Shown here piece after piece: positions 11,288 to 20,464 of a stretch of DNA of 64,000 nt. The DNA is from Fidelibacterota bacterium (lineage in GTDB: Bacteria; Fidelibacterota; Fidelibacteria; Fidelibacterales; DSDE01), in NCBI GenBank assembly GCA_046735395.1, contig JBJKQR010000063.1, forward strand, positions 1 through 64,000, in the 5' to 3' direction. How positions within the stretch are numbered: position 1 is the first letter of the stretch; each line of letters opens with the position of its first letter. The position numbers and the translations under genes were made by a program. The notes beneath the pieces are model-generated. The model searched no databases and was not told the DNA's origin. It was given only the letters and a program-made list of their open reading frames with translations.

Positions 11288-11507
11288 CAATAATCCTCAA
11301 GCTCAATGGCTCGCATACTGAAAGGTGGATTAAGGATGATGAAGAACTCAAATGACAGCTACCTGTGATACAGGGATAACACAAATTCACTCGGATAGGA
11401 CGGGGCTGCCCCATCTTTCCGAACCCGATGAAATCCATTTTATTTCCCGGCACTTTTCTATAAATTGATGCATCAAACCCGGGTCAATCGGCCTGACTAA
11501 GGAGTTC

Positions 11508-11915
11508 GTGATGAACGTGTTACGCGGGGAAAGGGCAGTGAAGATCCTGCTGTGGCTCATTGCCCTGCACAGTTTAATCGTAGGTATACTGCTCATCATC
11601 CTGCCACCGGATTTCATGGTCCGCTTCGGATATAAACTGGTCAATGAACGGTTTTTCCAGATTCAGGCGGGAATTTTCCACCTGGTGATGGTGGCGGCCT
11701 ACAGCCTGGCAGCCCGGGATCCGCTGAGACGCCGGATTATGGTTCGCTATACGATTATCGTCAAATTCATGGCGACCCTTTTTCTCTTCGGCTATTCTGC
11801 ACTGATCGGTTTCCTGCCTGCTATCTTTCTCTCGGGTGCGGGTGATTTTGCCATGGGGCTGGCCGTGCTCTATGAAGACCGATGGCTTCAGAAAGAATCC
11901 CTCTATGAACACTAA
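11508..11915 (+). CDS. Small four-TM membrane protein, unknown function
   Basis: Four hydrophobic segments; AAGGAG SD before GTG; overlaps the next gene's start. Confidence 0.75.
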   Translation: MMNVLRGERAVKILLWLIALHSLIVGILLIILPPDFMVRFGYKLVNERFFQIQAGIFHLVMVAAYSLAARDPLRRRIMVRYTIIVKFMATLFLFGYSALIGFLPAIFLSGAGDFAMGLAVLYEDRWLQKESLYEH

Positions 11916-13434
11916 GCCCGTCATCCTCCTTACCGGCGCATCCGGCTTCATCGGCAGGCATTTCATTCAGGAAGCCCGGGAGCATTTCATCATCCATGCC
12001 GTGACACTTCACGCCAAAACCCAGATTTTTCCCGATGATCATGAAAATCTCTTCTGGTACCGCTCCGACATCAGCGACGAAGGTCAGGTCCGGGACCTGG
12101 TTGAGGAAGTTCTTTCCCGGGGCAGAATTGATTTTGTCATTCATCTGGCCGGATTTTATGATTTCAATTATGACAATAATCCCCAATATCATAACACAAA
12201 TGTGCTCGGAACCAAATACCTTCTGGAAGCTCTGAAAGGCCGGGATATCCGCCGCTTCATCTTCGCATCCAGTCTGGCCGCCTGTGAATTTCCCGAAGCA
12301 GGAGCCGCGCTGGACGAATCCTCTCCGACTGACGGAAAATTTGCCTATGCTGTTTCGAAGCACAAAGCGGAAGAACTGGTGAGGGCCTATTCGGAATATT
12401 TTCCCTGCAGCATCCTCCGCTTTGCAGCCATATTCAGCGACTGGTGCGAATACGGCCCCCTCTATGTCTTCCTGAAGACCTGGCTGTCACGCAGCTGGAA
12501 GGCCCGGATTCTCGGCGGCAGGGGCCTGTCCGCCATCACCTATCTGCATATTCATGATCTGATCAAGCTCTTTTTCATCGTCATCGGTGAAAGTGACCGA
12601 CTGAAGCATCTCGACACCTATATCGTCAGCCCCGACCGGCCGACGACCCACAAACAGCTGTTTATCCTGGCAACCTGGTTTTACTACGGCCGCTCCCGGA
12701 AACCCTTTTTCATGCCGAAGCGTCTGGCCTGGGCCGGTGTTCTCTTTCTCGATGTGGCCGGTCGCCTGATCCGATTCCGTCCCTTTGAACGTCCCTGGAT
12801 GATGAAGTATGTTGACCGCCAGCTGACCGTGGACGGAAGCTATACCCGGCAGGAATTGGACTGGCAGCCGACTCCGCGCCTCAGTATCGAACGACGTCTG
12901 CTTTTTCTCATTGAACAGTTGAAGAGCTATCCCTACGAATGGCAGGCGAAGAATATGAGGGCTCTAAAAAAACAGCCCTACAGTCCGGACACACTGATCT
13001 ACGAAGTCCTGGAAACCCAGCGTGATGCGATCATTGATCAGATCTTCGCCTATTTCATGCACGAGCGGAATCATTCCAAATTTCCCAATTACCAGCGCAT
13101 CCATCCCAATATCCTGCGCCGCGATGTGCTGGCTATCTACCAGTTTCTCAGCATTTCAGTCCGGACCCGGGACCGCATGTCCATGCTCAGCTATGTGAAG
13201 GAAATTTCCAAAACGCGCCGGGAAGCAGGCTTCAGCGCCGCCGAAGTGAGCGCGGCACTCAGCGCCGTATCCTCCATCATTTATGAAAACCTCATTGTCC
13301 ATCCCCGTATCAAACAGTACCGGCAGGATATCTATGATGTGGTGGCCTTCACCTTTCAGCTGCTCGTGGACGAGGTGGAAAATACCTTCGAATATATAGA
13401 ACGGAGCGAAAACACGAGCTTTCCGCTCAACTGA
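11905..13434 (+). CDS. Extended SDR (NAD-dependent epimerase/dehydratase) fused to a C-terminal helical RsbRD_N/globin-like domain
   Basis: TGASGFIG, HLAG, TNVLGT, YAVSK; last ~135 aa are all-helical with ISKTRREAGFSAAEV; start reset to ATG 11905. Confidence 0.75.
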   Translation: MNTKPVILLTGASGFIGRHFIQEAREHFIIHAVTLHAKTQIFPDDHENLFWYRSDISDEGQVRDLVEEVLSRGRIDFVIHLAGFYDFNYDNNPQYHNTNVLGTKYLLEALKGRDIRRFIFASSLAACEFPEAGAALDESSPTDGKFAYAVSKHKAEELVRAYSEYFPCSILRFAAIFSDWCEYGPLYVFLKTWLSRSWKARILGGRGLSAITYLHIHDLIKLFFIVIGESDRLKHLDTYIVSPDRPTTHKQLFILATWFYYGRSRKPFFMPKRLAWAGVLFLDVAGRLIRFRPFERPWMMKYVDRQLTVDGSYTRQELDWQPTPRLSIERRLLFLIEQLKSYPYEWQAKNMRALKKQPYSPDTLIYEVLETQRDAIIDQIFAYFMHERNHSKFPNYQRIHPNILRRDVLAIYQFLSISVRTRDRMSMLSYVKEISKTRREAGFSAAEVSAALSAVSSIIYENLIVHPRIKQYRQDIYDVVAFTFQLLVDEVENTFEYIERSENTSFPLN

Positions 13435-13512
13435 TGTCAATCACGATACCAGAGATAATGCCGATCTGTGAATTATCCTATTGCGGGATAAGACATTAAA
13501 AATAATTCGCTG

Positions 13513-14526
13513 TTACACGTCGTTTCTAACCCGGGATAAAAGCAGTTTATCTATCCTCAGCCTGTAAAGTACAGACAGGGCGCCGACAAGGAGACGATAG
13601 ATTCCCTTAAAGTCTATCATCATGTCAAAGAATCGTAGCTGTTGATTATTCTGAACTGCAAATTCAAAGATTAACACTATTTTTTTCATCATTTCCAAAG
13701 TCAGCGGCATAGAGACGCGATGATAGCTTCGGGCCATAAAATCCCGTATCCGGATCTGGTCGATATTATACAATAATTGTTTATGTACAGCCCTGGGCCG
13801 GGATGCCGTACCCTGCATTTGTCGGTACACCGTGCTGATGTCATCCAGCATCTGAACACGACTGTTCAGCTCAAACCATATCCACAGCGGATAATCACCC
13901 ATCAGCCATCCGGACTGTTCTATATCAATTTCCGATCGGAATCGGAGATAGAGGTCTCGCCGGTAAAAGGTGGTGACACTTGGAATCACATTCTGAAACA
14001 TCAGCGATCGGCTGCTGTTGATTTCACTGCCGAGGAGTTCGGTTTCGAATTGCTGATTCTCTTCATTATATACACGAGTCCGGCCATATACCAGCCCGCA
14101 GTCTTCATGATCCTCCATGTACCGGATCTGGGCCTGCAATTTATGTGGATCATCCCAATAATCATCTCCGTCACAGATGGCAATATATTTCCCGGATGTC
14201 CGGGGCAGATTATAGATATGGTTGATTAACCGCACACCTTTCGAATATTGATTTTCCGTCTGATAAACCGGAAGAATACTGTCATATTTTTCCTCATATT
14301 CCCGAATGATGTCAGCCGTTCCGTCCGTGGAGGCATCATCATGTATCAATATCTCAAGTCTGAAATTCCCTTCCTGCGACAGAATTCCGTCCAGCGCAGC
14401 CCGGATATATTTTTCATGATTATAGGTGATACAGCAGACGGAGACGATGATGTCGTCATTATCCGCAGGAATATCCGATGAGGGAGTTGTTGAAGGGTCC
14501 AACACATTCACTTTATTTATGAACAC
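13513..14526 (-). CDS. Glycosyltransferase family 2
   Basis: SVCCITYNHEKYI, DDASTDGT, CDGDDYW; exact start uncertain. Confidence 0.88.
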   Translation of the reverse strand: MFINKVNVLDPSTTPSSDIPADNDDIIVSVCCITYNHEKYIRAALDGILSQEGNFRLEILIHDDASTDGTADIIREYEEKYDSILPVYQTENQYSKGVRLINHIYNLPRTSGKYIAICDGDDYWDDPHKLQAQIRYMEDHEDCGLVYGRTRVYNEENQQFETELLGSEINSSRSLMFQNVIPSVTTFYRRDLYLRFRSEIDIEQSGWLMGDYPLWIWFELNSRVQMLDDISTVYRQMQGTASRPRAVHKQLLYNIDQIRIRDFMARSYHRVSMPLTLEMMKKIVLIFEFAVQNNQQLRFFDMMIDFKGIYRLLVGALSVLYRLRIDKLLLSRVRNDV

Positions 14527-14749
14527 AAAAAATCCGGCCCATGGTTTATGTTATGAATATTTATGTCTTCTGACAATATTTTTAAACAGGGAAAAGGACA
14601 AATATCATGATAATACTTAGCGATTTTATTAATATATTCTGCCAGCAGTTACGAGAGCGATTCGTCTCAAGAAAACGGAAACAGGTTAATCGTCCACACC
14701 TATAAATAAACTCCAGATCGTTTTGAAGCAAATCACTCCTGAAGACATC

Positions 14750-15469
14750 ATGAATCCCGAATTGAAAACGGCCGTCATGCAGCCTTACACCTTTCCCTAT
14801 ATCGGATATTTTCAGCTGATTAATGCCGTTGATATATTTGTTTTTTATGATGATGTAAATTTTATTAAGGGAGGTTGGATAAACCGGAACCGCATCCTGT
14901 CCGGATCCACGGATTACCGGATGACCATTCCGCTGAAAAATATCAGTCCGAACCGGAAAATCTGTGAAACTGAGCTGGCCGGCAAGCAGTTTCAGTTCTG
15001 GTATGACAAATTCCGCAAGACCCTGGCACACAGTTATTCCAAAGCCCCCTGTTACAGCGACGCCATGCATCTGATCGAGAGCACGTTTTCGCAGGATTTC
15101 CGATTCATTTCAAATCTGGCCATGGCAAGTGTCATGAAAACCTGCGAATACCTGGATCTTGAAACCCGGTTTCAGAAATCTTCCGAATCGTATTCCGGAA
15201 ACAGGGACCTGAACCGGACGGAACGGCTCATTGACATCTGCAGACGCAACCATTCGGGAACCTACATCAATCCCATCGGCGGACAAAGCCTCTATACAAA
15301 AGATGCATTCCGGCAGCACGGAATTGATCTCCACTTTCTATCTTCAGATGATATTCAATATCCACAATTTTCTTCGGATTTCATTCCGAATTTATCCATC
15401 ATTGATGTCCTGATGTTCAATACAAAAGATGAAATAAAAAATTTCCTGAAAGAATACCGGTTAATATAA
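14750..15469 (+). CDS. WbqC-like family protein (copy 1)
   Basis: MQPYTFPYIGYFQL, FVFYDDVNF, WINRN, YINPIGG, PNLSIIDVLM; start may be 14723, 14750 or 14762. Confidence 0.9.
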   Translation: MNPELKTAVMQPYTFPYIGYFQLINAVDIFVFYDDVNFIKGGWINRNRILSGSTDYRMTIPLKNISPNRKICETELAGKQFQFWYDKFRKTLAHSYSKAPCYSDAMHLIESTFSQDFRFISNLAMASVMKTCEYLDLETRFQKSSESYSGNRDLNRTERLIDICRRNHSGTYINPIGGQSLYTKDAFRQHGIDLHFLSSDDIQYPQFSSDFIPNLSIIDVLMFNTKDEIKNFLKEYRLI

Positions 15470-16281
15470 TGAAAATGAAACGTATCGCCATTCACAGCGT
15501 TCCCAGATCGGGCTCCACCTGGCTGGGCAGCATCTTTGATTCACACCCGGCTGTGATCTATAAATTTCAGCCCCTGTTCTCCTACGCACTGAAAGGATAT
15601 CTTTCACCCGAATCGGATTTGGAACGGATTTTATCATTTTATCAGGAATTGGAGAACACCCGGGATGATTTCATGGATCAGGCCGACGCCAAAAGCCGGG
15701 GCATCGTTCCGGATTTCGCGAAATCATCTCCCCATACCATCGTATACAAGGAAGTCCGCTATCATCACATCATTGAAAATTTACTGATACGGGACAAGGA
15801 CATAAAAATCATCGGCCTGGTGAGAAATCCTCTGAGCACTCTTGCATCCTGGCTGAAAGCTCCCCGCGAATTCCGCAGCGATCTTGGCTGGGATTTTGAG
15901 AAGGAATGGCTGGATGCGCCGTCGAAAAACCAGAACCGTCCCGAAGAATTTTACGGATTCAACAAGTGGATGGACGTCACACTCCTGTTCGAAAGGCTGA
16001 GCCGCAGCCATCCTCATAATTTTTATCTAATCCGTTACGAATCCCTGCTGACCAACACCCTGGATGAAGTCCGCAACTTATTTAAATTTGCAGGACTGGA
16101 ATTTACCGAACAAACTGAGACCTTTATCAATGCCAGCAAAGCCCGCCATACCACTGACAGCTATGGCGTGTACAAAAAAAAGACCGGGCGCGACGATTGG
16201 AAAAACAGTTTACCGCAGCAAATCATTGAGACCGTTCAGGCTGAACTGGAGAAAGCCGGCCTGGAATCATATCTGTCCTGA
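15469..16281 (+). CDS. PAPS-dependent sulfotransferase (copy 1)
   Basis: 5'-PSB PRSGSTWL and 3'-PB RNPLSTLAS; RYE motif; TAATG overlap with wbqC. Confidence 0.88.
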   Translation: MKMKRIAIHSVPRSGSTWLGSIFDSHPAVIYKFQPLFSYALKGYLSPESDLERILSFYQELENTRDDFMDQADAKSRGIVPDFAKSSPHTIVYKEVRYHHIIENLLIRDKDIKIIGLVRNPLSTLASWLKAPREFRSDLGWDFEKEWLDAPSKNQNRPEEFYGFNKWMDVTLLFERLSRSHPHNFYLIRYESLLTNTLDEVRNLFKFAGLEFTEQTETFINASKARHTTDSYGVYKKKTGRDDWKNSLPQQIIETVQAELEKAGLESYLS

Positions 16282-16386
16282 CTCAGGCCCGATTGAATTA
16301 CCGGATTAAAGAGCTTTGACAAACACACGCTGTCCGGCTTCGCCCGGTCACGCTTACGGTGTGTATATAATTTCGGTTATATAGTT

Positions 16387-17427
16387 CTATTCATTGATTA
16401 TCAGGGAAATATCGCCGCGGGGATGAACGTCTCCCACAATGGCGGCATCGGCATACCCATCCTGCCTTAACCTGTTCAGCAGGTCATCGGCCCGATTTTC
16501 GGGAACCGCGATCAGCAGGCCTCCGCTGGTCTGAGGATCCGCCAGCAGCAGCTTCTCCGCATCACTCATTTTTTCATCAAAGTGACACCGGGCCTTCACG
16601 TAGTCAAAATTTTTACGACAGCCTCCGGGAATTACATTCCGGGATACGAATTCCAGCGACTCCCGGATCCGGGGAATCTGTCCGGCCTGAAATACCAGCG
16701 TCTTGTCCGCCGCCGCCATCTCAAGTGCATGACCGAGAAGACCGAAGCCGGTAATATCGGTACAAGCCGTAGCTCCGAACTCCGTCATCAGCTCGGATGC
16801 CCGCTGGTTGGTATTCATCATGACCGCGATGACTTCCTTTTCCAGCTCTTCGTCCACCAGTTCGCGCTTGATGGCCGTGGTCAGGCTGCCGATACCCAGC
16901 GCTTTGGTGAGAATCAGCCGGTCACCGGGCCGGGCTGTGGAATTTCGGATAATACGGTCCGGATGAATGAGGCCGGTACAGCTCAGGCCGAAGAACATCT
17001 CCAGATTTTCGATGGTATGGCCCCCGAGCGTCACAGCGCCGGAGCGTCTCACCATGCTCGCCGCCCCCTGATAGATTTTCTTCAGGTCATCGAGGCTCAG
17101 GTTGATTTTGTCAAATCCGACGATATTGAGAACATTGATGACCTTCCCGCCCATGGCCCAGATGTCACTCATGCTGTTTGCAGCTGCTATCTGACCGAAA
17201 ATATAAGGATCATCCACCACCGGCGTGATGAAGTCAACAGTCTGAACAAGGGCGCTGTCGTCGGAAATTTTATAGACACCGGCATCCTCGTTCCCTGTCA
17301 TATCACACAAAATGCAGGGATCCTCGTGATTCAATTCCCCCAGAAGTCCGCTCAGGTCCTCCGGACCCATCTTAGCGGCTCAACCGGCGCACTGGACATA
17401 ATGGGTCAGTCGGATATCTCCGGCCAT
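16387..17427 (-). CDS. selD: Selenide, water dikinase (selenophosphate synthetase), selenocysteine-containing
   Basis: ATG 17427 with an AGGAAG SD reads MAGDIRLTHYVQCAG-UGA(17380-17382)-AAKMGP, in frame with ORF 16387-17370; motifs EDAGVY, TVDFITP, AAANSMSD, GGHT, DITGFGLLGH, DPQTSGGLL. Confidence 0.93.
17348..17378 (-). promoter_or_regulatory. Bacterial SECIS element of selD
   Basis: Just 3' of the UGA: CCGCU-AAGAUG-GGUCC-GGA-GGACC-UG-AGCGG, giving a lower stem, an internal loop and an apical stem with a G-containing loop. Confidence 0.8.
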
Positions 17428-17518
17428 CTGTCTTCCTTTCCTCGTGTCAGTTTCTCTTTCCCGGATCCCCGGAACACACCTGAATGTCTGCCCGGCATAC
17501 TTCCGAAAATCATGCGGC

Positions 17519-17547
17519 ATATTACGTTCAATTTACAAATATATCAA
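17519..17547 (-). promoter_or_regulatory. Putative sigma70 promoter of selD
   Basis: TTGATA-N17-TAATAT on the minus strand, about 90 nt upstream of the ATG. Confidence 0.5.
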
Positions 17548-17560
17548 GCAGGGATATAGC

Positions 17561-18385
17561 TCAGTTCCGGGTAAGGCGATTCAACAGCAGCACATTGGCC
17601 GGTATCCAGAATCCGATGCAGGCATAACGGATAAAGCGGAACAGTTCCTGCGGAGGAAACAGCTTTTTCAGCCCGACATAGAGTCCGAGTACAACGGCGA
17701 CACCGATCAGCACAATCAGAATTCCCTGCAGAAACCGGGTAACCTGCTCAGGAATCCGCGGGCGAAAGAGAAGATGCCCGGCATAAAAACCGAATAAGGC
17801 ACCGGTCAGGGTAAGGGCTTCATCTCCGGGAAAGGCCAGCGACAGCAGAAGAAGAAAACTGCCTACGTGAAGAAATTTCCGCATCTCCGTCTGCTCCTCT
17901 ATGTAAGCTGTAATAAGCGGATGAAATTTCTGGTAGGCGGCAATCACGACAATGGCAAAAGCCCAGCCTCCCAGAATGTCAGACGGATAATGAACACCCA
18001 GATAGATCCGTGACAGGGCAATGAAGAAAATCATCACCGCAGCCAGAACAGACATCCAGGATTTTCGAATCAACAAGGCCAGCATGATCCAGAGCGTGGC
18101 GCTGCCCTGAGCATGGCCGCTGGGAAAGGCATATCCGGTGGCAGAAATCAAAGCCACCGCGTCAGGCGGCCGGGGAATCTGAAACAGGGCTTTCAGCCAG
18201 ACATTGAGGAGCAGCGACAGCATGACCACGAAAAAGAGCCGGGTGGATTTGTCCCGGTGCCATGCCCAGTATAACACGGGCAGAATGAGCACATAGAAGG
18301 CCTCATCCCCGAAAAACGTGAAAAATCTGAAAAACAGGGTCAGCGCTTCGGATTGAAACTGCTGGAGGAAGTGTATGAGCGTCAT
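17561..18385 (-). CDS. PAP2-family membrane phosphatase
   Basis: KALFQIPRP, FPSGH and SRIYLGVHYPSD motifs; multiple TM segments. Confidence 0.92.
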   Translation of the reverse strand: MTLIHFLQQFQSEALTLFFRFFTFFGDEAFYVLILPVLYWAWHRDKSTRLFFVVMLSLLLNVWLKALFQIPRPPDAVALISATGYAFPSGHAQGSATLWIMLALLIRKSWMSVLAAVMIFFIALSRIYLGVHYPSDILGGWAFAIVVIAAYQKFHPLITAYIEEQTEMRKFLHVGSFLLLLSLAFPGDEALTLTGALFGFYAGHLLFRPRIPEQVTRFLQGILIVLIGVAVVLGLYVGLKKLFPPQELFRFIRYACIGFWIPANVLLLNRLTRN

Positions 18386-18402
18386 GAGCTCTCCTTTCTG
18401 CT

Positions 18403-19881
18403 TCAGCCATTCATCCGTCGGAGAAAGTCCCCGAGGATGATGCGATACAGATCATCTTTCAGAATCGTATCTTCATAGCCATTGTCAATATTCGGATTGT
18501 CATTGATCTCCATAATCACCGGGCCGGCAGGCCCTTCCTTGATATCCACGCCGTAGAGGCCGTCTCCGATGAGCCGGGATGCCCTCAGTGCAAGATCGAT
18601 AATTTCGGCAGGCGCATCATCCACAGAGAAGCATTTCACTTTTCCGGCGGTGAAGCGGTTACCGGCTTCGTCCTGCTTCTTTACAATCTGCCAGTGGTTC
18701 CGCGCCATATAATATTTACAGATGAACAGGGGAACATTATTCAGGATCCCGATTCTCCAGTCGAACTCGGTCGCCATGTATTCCTGGGCCAGCAGCAGAT
18801 CCGAATCGTCAAAGAGACGGCCGGTCAGCACCTTCAGATCCTGGACATTTTTCACTTTATGCACGCCGATCCCGAAGGAACCGTCCGGAATTTTGATCAC
18901 CATGGGAAAATTCAGTTTATTCGGGAGAAAACGGATACTGCGCCGGTCAATGATATGCGTGTCGGGAACAGCGATGTCATGCGTACGGAACAGTTCGGCC
19001 AGGTAGACCTTATTGCTGCAGCGGACAATGGAATCGGGATCATCAATGACCGGAATACCGAGCAGAGCGGCATCCTGGGCAAAGGCGAAGGTATGGTGAT
19101 CAATGGACGTGGTTTCCCGGATAAAGAGCGCATCGTATTCACTGAGCGAGGAGGCATCGCCTTTCTGGATAAGCCCTACATCCAGTCCCATGTCGGCTCC
19201 GATACGGATAAAATTTTCCAGTGCCTTCCGGTTTGACGGCGGTAATTTTTCCTTCTCATTGTAGAGAATTGCCAGCCGCCGGCGGTGAGTGCGGGATTTC
19301 ACTTCACGCCGGAACCGGCTTTTTATGAAGCGTGACAGTGCATCGAGAAAATTATCCTTCTGATCCGCTTTCCACACATCCTTCAGTGACTGCAGTTCCA
19401 CCGAGTCCACGATGAGTTTCTTCTGGCCATGCCAGCGGACGAGAAGAGCCGGCGCGGGGAAATAGTCATAAATGACGGAGACGGCCTTTTTCATATTCGC
19501 ATCCAGACCGCTCCCGAGAAAAATATAGAACTCTCCGCTGCTGTTTTCATTTTCACTTTTCAGGCGGAATCCCTTCTGGGCAATCAGATCATTCATCTCC
19601 TTGAGTATGGGTTTCAGACGCCGCTTCCAGTTCAGAGCCAGAAGTATATCCACAGAGGGGATCATGGCCTCTCCGCGTGCCTGGGCCAGCAGAGACGAAT
19701 AATAGCCGCGGCCGAGGTAATCGGACTGGCGGCAGAGATTGATGATTTCAAAGGTCCGTGAATAGCGTTTCTGACTCAGAGTATAGCTGCCCAGCAGATA
19801 ATCATTGACCATGACCGTATCCAGACTGTCCATGGATTCAAGCTCAGGCACATGTTCATCAAGGATGACAATCGGTTTCAA
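18403..19881 (-). CDS. RimK-family ATP-grasp ligase with RLAN N-terminal domain
   Basis: INLC...YLGRGYYSSLLAQARG (RLAN); ALFIRETT, KIPDGSFGIGV, FDWRIG, GLYGVDIK, EINDNPN. Confidence 0.88.
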   Translation of the reverse strand: MKPIVILDEHVPELESMDSLDTVMVNDYLLGSYTLSQKRYSRTFEIINLCRQSDYLGRGYYSSLLAQARGEAMIPSVDILLALNWKRRLKPILKEMNDLIAQKGFRLKSENENSSGEFYIFLGSGLDANMKKAVSVIYDYFPAPALLVRWHGQKKLIVDSVELQSLKDVWKADQKDNFLDALSRFIKSRFRREVKSRTHRRRLAILYNEKEKLPPSNRKALENFIRIGADMGLDVGLIQKGDASSLSEYDALFIRETTSIDHHTFAFAQDAALLGIPVIDDPDSIVRCSNKVYLAELFRTHDIAVPDTHIIDRRSIRFLPNKLNFPMVIKIPDGSFGIGVHKVKNVQDLKVLTGRLFDDSDLLLAQEYMATEFDWRIGILNNVPLFICKYYMARNHWQIVKKQDEAGNRFTAGKVKCFSVDDAPAEIIDLALRASRLIGDGLYGVDIKEGPAGPVIMEINDNPNIDNGYEDTILKDDLYRIILGDFLRRMNG

Positions 19882-20315
19882 AAAAGTTTCTCCATTCTCA
19901 GGGCGGCACTGCCGTCTTCGTAAAAATGTTCATAAGCTCCGAAGCGCCGGAATCCGTCCCTTTCATAGAATCGGATGGCACTGAAATTATCCGGGCGGAC
20001 TTCGAGAAGCAGTCGTGTCAGACCCCTCCGCCGCAGCTCGTCATAGACGGCATCCATCAGTTCACGGGCAAGTCCCCGATTCCGGTATTCGGGCAGTACG
20101 GCCAGGCTGTAGAGCCGGCAGGACCGGGAATTTTTCCGGAAAAATACCAGGGCGTAGCCTACCGGAAGGACTCCATCCACAGTACAGAGAATCCGTTTTC
20201 CGGGATGAGCCAGATATCTGCGAAAAGCCCCGCGTGAAAGGCGGTCCGCCGCGAAACACCGTTCCTCAATGGCCAGAAGCGGGTCAATATCGTCCGATCG
20301 GGCAATGCGGATCAT
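19878..20315 (-). CDS. GNAT N-acetyltransferase (RimI-like), coupled to the RimK ligase
   Basis: RLYSLAV.PEYRNRGLA, LEVRPDN, AIRFYE, FYEDG; start reset to ATG 20315. Confidence 0.85.
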   Translation of the reverse strand: MIRIARSDDIDPLLAIEERCFAADRLSRGAFRRYLAHPGKRILCTVDGVLPVGYALVFFRKNSRSCRLYSLAVLPEYRNRGLARELMDAVYDELRRRGLTRLLLEVRPDNFSAIRFYERDGFRRFGAYEHFYEDGSAALRMEKLF

Positions 20316-20464
20316 AGAACCTGCGGATGATAATGAAAAAGGGTGCGGATCATATTCATGGTTTAATTTAGATGCTTTGCAGATTTCCATCACTAATTAT
20401 TTATCTGGAGAATAATATTCAGGCCTGTCTTTGCATCGGCTGCGGCGATGTCGATCAGATTCAT

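Noticed and set aside
11364..11383. CRP/FNR site
   Set aside because: TGTGA...ACACA spacing is 10 nt, not 6; kept only as an unassigned inverted repeat.
13473..13491. Terminator between the SDR and GT2 genes
   Set aside because: The TTATCC/GGATAA stem is short and AT-rich, without a clear U-tract.
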